Source of the DNA: Paraspadella gotoi
Lineage: Eukaryota; Animalia; Chaetognatha
NCBI GenBank assembly: GCA_051294375.1
Contig: CM119267.1
Span: 751,601-815,600 of the forward strand
Direction of reading: 5' to 3'
Length of the DNA stretch: 64,000 nucleotides
A program made the position numbers and the translations under genes. Positions 1 to 10,300 of the stretch are shown one piece after another; within the stretch, counting starts at the first letter, position 1; each line of letters starts with the position of its first letter. The notes beneath the pieces were generated by a model that was not told the origin of the DNA, did not search any database, and worked only from the letters and a program-made list of their open reading frames with translations.

Positions 1-407
1 GACAATCGGAGGCGAATCTCGAATGGGACAGTGGACGACGACGACGAAGACGACAAGGCGCGGATGAACCCAACGACGAAATCTTGGAGCGATCGAAAGA
101 ATTTGTCCGCGCGAATCAAAGATGATGAAGAATCGACTAAGGATCGAGCCAATCTGTCGACAAGACTCATCGTCGTCGTCCAATCAGGAGACGATGAGAG
201 ACTCCTCTCGGCCAATGAGAGAAGAGCTCGCGTCAATGAGAGGCCGAGACCGAAACTCAACTCGATCGCTCGTTCAACATCAAGAGTCGGGAAGAGGAAG
301 AGAAAAAGTTCATCGGAAGAAACAGAACATTGAGAGAGACGGACATCGATGCCCGTCCGTAGGGCAACCTGAGGAATCGTGGGGAGGGAACACAAAATAT
401 GAATCTT

Positions 408-493
<86 letters not shown>

Positions 494-3400
494 AAACCTT
501 TAGCCTGGCCATCTCCGTCACAAGGCCGGCGTAATATTCCCTTTCCCAAGGATCGTCGTCTGCCTCTTTCAAAAACTCGGCGGCGCGCGATGCCGCCTCC
601 AGATGACGCCGCTTCCAGTCGCGGGCGGCGTCGTTGGACGCGCCGGCGTCGAGGATGGAGATGAAGAGGAGGCGTCTAGCGATGGAGACGGCGAAGGCGG
701 CGCCGCGAGATCGGCGAAGAAAGAAGAGCAGGGACCCGATTCTGATTAAAGTTTGATTAGTAAGAATTCAACAATCCTTTACAGAGGGCTTCATATGATA
801 ATAATGTAATCATTGTGTGAAATCCTATCTTTTCGTCGCGTTATTGTAATTAGAAAAAAGTATGAATTGTTCTCAGCAATAATTTTTTTTTTAACTACAT
901 GATATTGTACTAATTCAACAATCCTTTAATATCAAATCGATGGCAATTATCACAACAACAACAACAACAACAACCTCTTTTCCAACCTGTCGTATTCTTC
1001 CTCGAGGATCCAAAGGTTCATCTTCCAAACGAAGACTCGATCAGCTCCGAAATCTCCGCCCACGACTTCAACGAAGAAGAGGGCGTCGTCGAGGGCCTCG
1101 TCGACGCCGCTGGAAAGGATTCGCTTGACGGCTTTTTCCGGATTCTTCGTCGCCGCCTCCAACAGCCCGTCGAGGCCGTAGGGACGCAGCCGGGCGCGGA
1201 GCTTCGTCACGGAGATCATCCGCTTGAGGGACTCAACGAGTGGATCGTCGTCCAAGAGGAGACATTCATCCACCGTCGCGGACAACGAGGAATTCCAAGG
1301 AAGAGACACGATTTGAAGGCCGTGGATCAGGGCAGAGATTTTTAAGGCTTAAGGAGAGAAAACTTCTTTTATCTTATTTGCATATTGCAGTATATAAAGA
1401 GTTTTGAAATAATTTCACTTTGTAATTGCATTTTCTAATTTTAATGTTTGGGGAAATCATAGCCTTTTAAAATCACCCTTCAATAGGAACACCACGACAT
1501 AACTGTCTCACCTTTATTCTGAATGAAACCCAAAACGACGCAGACTGTTTCCTCGACGGTTTCGTCCATAGACCCAACGCACCCTTCAGCCGACAACTCC
1601 TTCAAGAACTCTGTTAGGACGGCGTCGCGACTAAGGCTAGCGTCGGCGAGGAACTTGGAGAGGACGCCCCGCTGCAGCTCGGAGGAGATGTAGCGGGCGC
1701 AGCCGACGCGGCGGAGCATCGAGGAGGCGATGGAGAGGTTGCTGAGGAGAATGTTCATAGACGGACTTAGTCGGCCTCGTGATGTCATTTACAAATTATC
1801 AGACAGCCAACGAATCACAGACCTTATAACAACCTCAGTTCTTAGGAGGCGTGGGTTCGAATCTTACCGCTGCTACCACATTTTAGTAGACAGGGATTTC
1901 TCGGCAAAACCAAAGTGAAAATAGACAGAGAAGGACGGTGTCAATTTTTTGACAGTTATATATATATATATATACAGTTCAAACGGATCAAAGACACGGG
2001 TAAATTTCGCAGATAGATTGAAGTCCATTCGACCATTGGCAGATGCAATTGGTGGCTCGACCAATTTCGACTGATTTCGATTTTACGGTTTTGATTCCTC
2101 TGTGATGCTATCGTTCATTGGTCGGTATGAGGGGTCGACGGCCGGGATTACTAAGAGAACTCCTGATCAGTCTTTCAATATTTAACTTTAACTTTAACTT
2201 AAGATCAATCCTTAAACTTATTCAAATAAGCATTGAATGATTCAATATTGATAATTATCATTATCTGTCATCACCTTTGTCATAATCTCTTAACCCTTCC
2301 CACTCACCGATCCCCAGTCGCTTCGGCGGCGATGAATTCCGCGTGACTCAATTTCAATTCGTATTTTTCTTCGATCCTTTTTATTTCCTTCAGCTCGACC
2401 AAAAAGGTCTCGGCGCGAGCGAGGGGCGCCGAGGAGCGCCGGGTCGGACCCGTATCGACGCCGATGACGCCTTCGAGAAGGCGGATGGCGTTGTCGGGCC
2501 ACGAAGCGGCGTCGTAGATCTCGAAAGACTCGGCGCGTTCCAGCGCCCACGAGATGACTGGATCGAGGGAAGACGTCATCTGGTGAAAATTAAACGAAAG
2601 ACGTGACAATAATCTACGAATGAATCGTCCAAGATGTTAAATCGCTAACCTTGGTGGCCAAAAAAGGGAGAAAAGCCTCGCGGATCCAAGAACAAAAGTC
2701 ATTAAAAGAAGGAATTCGATGTGGAATCGTCGTCAGAAGATTTATTATCAGATTCGGACTTTGACTCAAGTCCTTCTCAATTTGCGCCACATAATTGCGC
2801 CAAACACGTGACGCAACATCGAAGGAATTTGACTAAAAAAGAGAAGATGATATGAATGAATGGATGAATGGATCTTTCCTTCCTTTCCTCTCTCACCTCA
2901 ATGAGAGGGATGACGACAGAGAGAAGGAGACTCTTGCAGGAGACGAATTCTTTCCAAGACAAAATCTCTTTAGCTTTTGGTCCAACGAAGAGAAAAAGTT
3001 GAAGGCGTCGGGCGGCGTCGGTCAGGCGTCGGTAAATGTCGGCTTCGGGGTCTTTCGATTGGTCCAGTCGAGACACCAAATGCTTGAAAATCTTAAGCGT
3101 GAGGACCGGAGAGGAGAATGGGAGATCCAGGCAGAATCTAAACACGGTTTCACGTTCTTAGTCATTAAAGAATATTTATATGTATAATTAAAATATTTTA
3201 TTTTAATTTTTAATTTTTAATATTCAAATATTGTGATTAAACTTTCTTTCGTTGTTTTTAAAGGGTAATTGAAAATGAAGACAAAGTCTTTGTTACAGCA
3301 ACGATTTTTTTTAATGTACAGACAAGTTTCGGCTTTCATTCAAGCCTTCATCAGTGCTTTGACAATTCACAGTTTTCATGTTTTCCAAATTAACTTTGGA

Positions 3401-4307
3401 AGAGAGAGAGAGAGAAGAGAGAGAGAGAGAAATAGAGAGAGAAGAAATGGCCAACAAAGATATGAGACAGGACAGTGGTGAAATGTGAGGACAGGTTTAA
3501 GTTAGTAGAGAGAGAGAGAGAGAATGTGAGGGAAAAGAAATTAAATTTGTGAATGAGGGAGAGAGAGACAGAGAAGCAGAGGTTAACATTTGGTAAGAAG
3601 AGTTACATTAGAAAATGTACAACAATGATAAATTTAATAAATAGACAGACTTAAACAAACTAAAAATATTTAAATTAATTCAGATAAATTAATTAATAAA
3701 GGAGTGAAGTTTAGATGAAATTGAAATAAAGATGTTGAGGGGATAGGTAAGTGAAAGAGTAAGAGAAAAATAAGAAAAAGAAAAGCTCAAAATGAGCTGG
3801 CCCCCCCCGGGTCAACAATGGGGGATGCTGACGATGTGGTCGGGTCATTGGTTTGTCATAGGCTGAGAGGCTATTGTGGTGGAGTGCGACATGGACGGGT
3901 CCCGGTAGAGACCCAGGCGGAAAGAGGCCAATGCAACTCGAATATCTCTCAGGCCTGATAAACCTGCCGACGGCCCTCGTCTCGCCTGTTGGCGAGGCCG
4001 GGCGGTGGTCTGTTTTCGCCTGTTTTGCAACGGAATTGCAGACTCCCTCCCTCCTGTAACCGTCTTTTTGGTGGGCGCCCGATCCGAGGAGAGTCGGACT
4101 GGGTTGTTGCAGGAGAGGATGAGGCATTTTCTAATGTAACTCTTCTTACCAAATGTTACACTCTGCTTTCCTGTCTCTCTCTCCCTCATTCACAAATTTA
4201 ATTTTCTTTCCCTCACATTCTCTCTCTCTCTCTCTACTAACTTAAACCTGTCCTCACATTTCACCACTGTCCTGTCTCATATCTTTGTTGGCCATTTCTT
4301 CTCTCTC

Positions 4308-4348
<41 letters not shown>

Positions 4349-7300
4349 AAGTTAATTTGGAAAAACATGAAAACTGTGAATTGTCAAAGCACTGATGAAG
4401 GCTTGAATGAAAGCCGAAACTTGTCTGTACCTTAAAATAAATCGTTGCTTGTAAACAAAGACTTTGTCTTCATTTTCAATTAAATATTCAAATATTAAAC
4501 ATTTATTTGCAAATTGAACCACAGCCACCATTTGTAAATGTAAAACAACAATATCATAACTTTGTGTTATTATAAAAAAGTTCTCTAGATTTGCAAATGC
4601 GATGAGCCGAGTCTCACCTAGCGATACCGCCGATGTCGCCGACCTTCTTTAAAGACTCCTTGACTTTCTCAAAGACTTCGTCAACGTCGCGGTCGGCAGG
4701 AAAAGTTTGAAGTTTCCGGAGTTGGTCGAGGAATTGGGTCTCGTGGACCAATTCCGCGTCGAGGCCTTTCTCTTCCGCCCAAATCAAAGCCTCTGGAATT
4801 TGAACGGAGAACGAAAGCAAAAATTAAAACCACTGGATATTAGGGCGGAAAAAATTAAGCAACATACAACAGAGAAGTCGAACCCGGAAACATAACAGTG
4901 AAGATTCCAGTTAAGGAAAAGGATTCCGGAAGAGGAAAAGGATTCCGGAATAGGAAAAGGATTCCGGAAGAGGAAAAGATTTCCGGAAGAGGAAAATGAT
5001 TCCAGAAAAGAAAAATGAATCCGGAAGAGGAAAATGATTCCGGTAGAGGAAAATGATTCCGGAAGAGGAAAAGATTTCCGGAAGAAGAAAAGGATTCTGG
5101 AATAGGAAAAGGATTCCAGTAGAGGAAAATGATACTGGAAGANNNNNNNNNNNNNNNNNNNNNNNNNNNNNNNNNNNNNNNNNNNNNNNNNNNNNNNNNN
5201 NNNNNNNNNNNNNNNNNNNNNNNNNNNNNNNNNNNNNNNNNNNNNNNNNNNNNNNNNNNNNNNNNNNNNNNNNNNNNNNNNNNNNNNNNNNNNNNNNNNN
5301 NNNNNNNNNNNNNNNNNNNNNNNNNNNNNNNNNNNNNNNNNNNNNNNNNNNNNNNNNNNNNNNNNNNNNNNNNNNNNTCCGGAAGAGGAAAAGGATTCTG
5401 GAAGAGGAAAAGGATTCCGTGAGGAGGAGTCGACGACGCGCAGATCTTCTCCCTCCCGTTTCGCTTCCTTTTTTTCCATTCGAGATTCACTTCCTTCTTT
5501 CCCTCTTTCTCGATAAGACGTATTCTCTGCCTTATCTTTTTTTTCTCAATATACGCCTTACCGCCATTTCTCGAGTTCTTCTTTAGCCAGAGTCTTATTT
5601 CAGGGTGGCGCCCAATGTGGAGTCTTGTTCTCTAACCACAAACCGCCCTGGATCTCTTTATATCCCAATTTAACCAAAAATTCTATTTTTTTTCAAAACT
5701 TCAACTTCGTAACCTTTTTTCTCATCAAAATTTTTTTTTCTTTTTTCCCTTCGACTTTTGAGATTTTTTTCTTTCTCTCGATCGCTTCCCACTCCGGTTC
5801 TCAACTTTCTATAAACTATTCTCTGCCTCTCTGTATTTTTATTATTTTTTTCTCAATATACGCCTTACCGCCATTTCTCGAGTTCTTCTTTAGCCAGTCT
5901 TATTTCAGGGGATTCCGGAAGAGAAAAATGATTCTGGAAGAGGAAAAGGATTCTGGAAGAGGAAAAGGATTCTGGAAGAGGAAAAGGATTCTGGAAGAGG
6001 AAAAGGATTCTGGAAGAGGAAAATGATTCCGGAAGAGGAAAATGATTCCGGAAGAGGAAAAGGATTCCAAAAGAAAAAAAGGATTTTAGAAGAGGAAAAG
6101 GATTCTAGAAGAGGAAAAGGATTCCGGAAGAGGANNNNNNNNNNNNNNNNNNNNNNNNNNNNNNNNNNNNNNNNNNNNNNNNNNNNNNNNNNNNNNNNNN
6201 NNNNNNNNNNNNNNNNNNNNNNNNNNNNNNNNNNNNNNNNNNNNNNNNNNNNNNNNNNNNNNNNNNNNNNNNNNNNNNNNNNNNNNNNNNNNNNNNNNNN
6301 NNNNNNNNNNNNNNNNNNNNNNNNNNNNNNNNNNNNNNNNNNNNNNNNNNNNNNNNNNNNNNNNNNNNNNNNNNNNNNNNNNNNNNNNNNNNNNNNNNNN
6401 NNNNNNNNNNNNNNNNNAAGGATTCTAGAAGAGGAAAAGGATTCTAGAAGAGGAAAATGATTCTAGAAGAGGAAAAGGATTCCGGAAGAGGAAAAGAATT
6501 CTGGAAGAGGAAAAGGATTCTGGAAGAGGAAAAGGATTCCGGTCGAGGAAAAGGATTCCAGAAGAGCAAAAGGATTCCAGAAGAGGAAAAGGATTCCAGA
6601 AGAGGAAAAGGACTCCGGAAGAGCAAAAAGGGTTCCAGAAGAGGAAAAGAATTCCGGAAGAGGAAAAGGATTCAGGAAGAGGAAAAGAATTCCGGAAGAG
6701 GAAAAGAATTCCGGAAGAGGAAAAGAATTCCGGAAGAGGAAAAGGATTCTGGAAGAGGAAAAGGATTCTGGAAGAGGAAAAGGATTCTGGAAGAGGAAAA
6801 GGATTCCGGAAGAGGAAAAGAATTCCGGAAGAGGAAAAGAATTTCGGAAGAGGAAAAGGATTCCAGAAGAGGAAAATGATTTCGGAAGGAAAACATTATG
6901 GAAAAGGAACGCGGCTTCATGTATAAATTGCGACTTCAATCTTTAATTTATCCAACAAATTACCTTTAAATTTTTTTTTTCTCAAGAGAGAATCTAGATA
7001 ATATTTGGGTTGAGTTGAACTCAAGTCGCAAATCCTGATGGCTTTGGGCGCGGCGTTGGCGCCGGATTCAATAACCGGCGTCATCTCCAAAACGCCGAAC
7101 GAATCCTCTTCGGGGTTGACGCCTTTATGAAGATAAAGAATATGTTAATATGTTAAGAATCTCGGGAGGGTGAGGGTTCTGACGGAGTGGGTTAGGAGCT
7201 GAGGTGCTTACCCTCAATGTAGACGACTTCTTTGGGAGCGGAAGACCTCAAGAGTTTCGTCAACGGCGAACAGGATGTGGAGGATTGAAGGAGAAGATGA

Positions 7301-10300
7301 GGTAAGGACTTGACGCGGATGGAGAAAGAGCAGCAGTCGTCGGTCGAGCTTCAAGTTATACAGTTACTCTCTCATTATCCATTAGAGCGTTGAAAAATAA
7401 CAAAATATTGTGGCGGTNNNNNNNNNNTTCAACGCCCTATTATCCATGATCTCTTAACGTTTCTTTCCTTTGCTCTTCTTCTTTTTCCTCACCTTTTCCG
7501 GGCGCCCCGTGCGACAATCGCCACTAAAGGCGCTGCATCCTCCTGCCTTAAGAGAAGCACCTCCATCACCTCCTCATCTTCTTCCTCCTCAACGAGTCGC
7601 AAAGAATCGAGCAAAATCTGAGTTCGAGAGCAAAAACGAAGGAGGCGAGACTCGCAGCCGTCGACCTGATTTAAGGGAAGACGGCTTTAACGAATTCGCT
7701 AACAATGAATTTTTTCCTCGTTAAATCGATTACTACCTGTTGTCCCCGATAAACTCACAAAAATTATCCGTTCATTTATTTAAATCATCCGTCATGTCTA
7801 TTAAATACAATGGATTAAGACCACCATCCCTCTCAAAAAACTAAAAGAGCAAAACCCTTCAAGACTCGCACTCAGCTCAGTTGAGACCAGAGGCAGAGAC
7901 CCCGGTGACTACAACACAGACCTTCGTGGTTTTTCCTTTCTCCAGAGCGAAAAAATAACGTCCGCACTGGGACCACTGAAGACAGTCAAGCGGATGCTGT
8001 AGAGGAAGTAGATCCGGCGGAAGAAATTCCGGCGCCGATAATCGAGAAGAAAAAAATCCGTTTAAGTCATAGATGACTAAGGCTGCAGCGGCGGAGGCGG
8101 AGGCAGCGGCGGCGTCTCCTGCGGGGCGTTCCACCGACAAAACCAATTGTCTAAATGATAATACAATTTAAATTAAACCATTAAATCAATTTTGTATAAA
8201 TAAATTAGTTGAAAGCTAAATTGAACTAACCCGACAATCTCTCCATATGCGAGGTTCCTCAACCGCCATCCTTGCCCGACGCCCGACAACTCTCTCTCCT
8301 TAATCTCTGCCTTGAGACCCACGACGGTTTTAAAGTCGCCGGCGAGGAAAGCCGCCACGATGTCGGCCAAATAAATGTCGGTAATGACGAAGACGCGAGC
8401 CGACTGCGTGGCGACGATCAAAGCGTGGCGCGTTGAGGACTCGTTCTGTAATATATTTTATCATAACTTTAATTATCATAATTTAACATTTAACCATTAA
8501 CATACATGTAGGTAAGTAGCAGAATAAGGATTTATTCATTAGACGGCTTTGATTACGAGGGTCGGTTTGACAAATATGGTGGAGTGATGAAAAGATTGAG
8601 CGATGGAACAATGTTTTTTTGCTGCCTTTGTATATGTAATAAAAAATAATTTATCCTTTTATCAAAAAAATTTGGCTTAACAGTATCATTATTCATTAAT
8701 TGAATTTTCTTTATAGTAATATCCTTATAAAATCATAAAATTTCAAAATCATATTTTTTTAATTTTAAGAACAGTTTCGGATTCGCCGGAAAAAACTGAA
8801 AAACTTTTGTAAAATATGTTACAAGATATTTTTAGGTTAAAGTTACGAAAAATGACCAAAACGTTTCATCATATAATAGTTTTTACTACAGAGAATGAAA
8901 AAGTAGAGAATTTGGCCTATTTTTTCCATTTTTGACGCTGAAGACATTGAAATTTTTAATAACATATTTTAGATTTTTGATCTAATTTTTTATGAAGAAT
9001 CAGAATCTTCAATAAAAAATTTTTAAAAATCATTTTGAAAATTTATGATTTTATAAGCATATTACTATAAATATATTTTAATTAATGATACAGTTGCCCA
9101 AACAATATAAGCAAAATATCTAAATATCCTTGTTTGTTCACTCAAATAATATTTATGTTCCCCAGTGCTCCACTCAATTAACCAACTATGAGACATTTCA
9201 AATCACCGCTTAGTTCATATTGATAATAATAGACAAACGCTATCTCTTCTACGGGTAACTTTCCAGATATTTTTCGGCATTTTAATGTAAGAATCGAATA
9301 ATAAAATTTAGATATCGAGAAACTTTGGCTTCTTGTGATTCATATGAGCTGTGTCTAATTTATGTACGACAAAAAAATACAAGAGTTCCATGCAAAAAAA
9401 AATTAGTTGTCCAAAAAAATGCTTCCATCTTTTTATCTTGTTCATTTTTACTTTTTTTGTTTATATTAATATTCAGTTCTTTTTTATTACTTTTTGAGTT
9501 AAAAAGCCGTGCCTTTGTAATCTCATGTTAAATGGTTATTGCATCATCTCCATTAGGATAGATTCAAAAAAAAGATCAGTATTAAAAATATATTGATGCT
9601 GTAGATGCTTCAGAATATTCTTTTTATATTGTTAAGTATCAAAGTTATAAGGCTCCGGGTAACTTTTCAGTAAGCAAAGTTTTCATTTTTATTTACCTCT
9701 GGATGTATTATCAGTATCAAAGTATCAAACGAGTCTAAAAAAAAGAAAAATCAAAGATTTTGTTGAAGTAAAAGATATTATATCATCACATTATGCAGCA
9801 ACAACACAAGCCTGGTTTACTTTATAGGGAATCAATCTTTTGCCCCAAATCTGATAAAAAATATCATGTCAGAAATAAAATATTAACAAAAATATGAGTA
9901 AAAAAAGTAAAAGAAAGAAATATTTTTTTCAGACAACTACAGAAGGCTTCATATTATAAAATGCGGTACCCCTTTTTTGTGACCAGAATCTGTTCCCACC
10001 AAACTACCGGAACAAATTTCATGAATTTTACATTTAGAGTTCTAATGACAATATAAATGGAACTATCGAGGCAAATTTTAATATTCAACCCCTGACAAGA
10101 GATACAGGGCCCTGGGGCTGACCCCTGGGGGGCCAAAAAAGGCTAAATTTTTTTTTCATTTTTTATAATTTTTTAGTAGAATCAGGTTCATCGATATTTT
10201 AAACATAAAAATATATTTTAAAACTAAAATTAATAAATCTTTTGCTAATTAATCGGTGTTTGAAGATGCATGGTTCATCGTTTTTCTCCAAATTTTCCAG

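Larger units (their letters stand above)
3267..4482. mobile_element. Penelope-like inverted-repeat insertion (arms ~3267-3617 and ~4125-4482) in a KNTC1 intron
   Basis: The two ~350-bp arms are near-perfect reverse complements and each carries a hammerhead core. A related single arm lies at ~57290-57515. AATATTCAAATATT occurs on both outer sides (~3219 and ~4484). Confidence 0.7.

Noticed and set aside
4784-6939. Long ORFs on both strands (e.g. ILEEEKDSGRGK repeats)
   Set aside because: Translations of the ~19-bp minisatellite and N gaps; no coding evidence.
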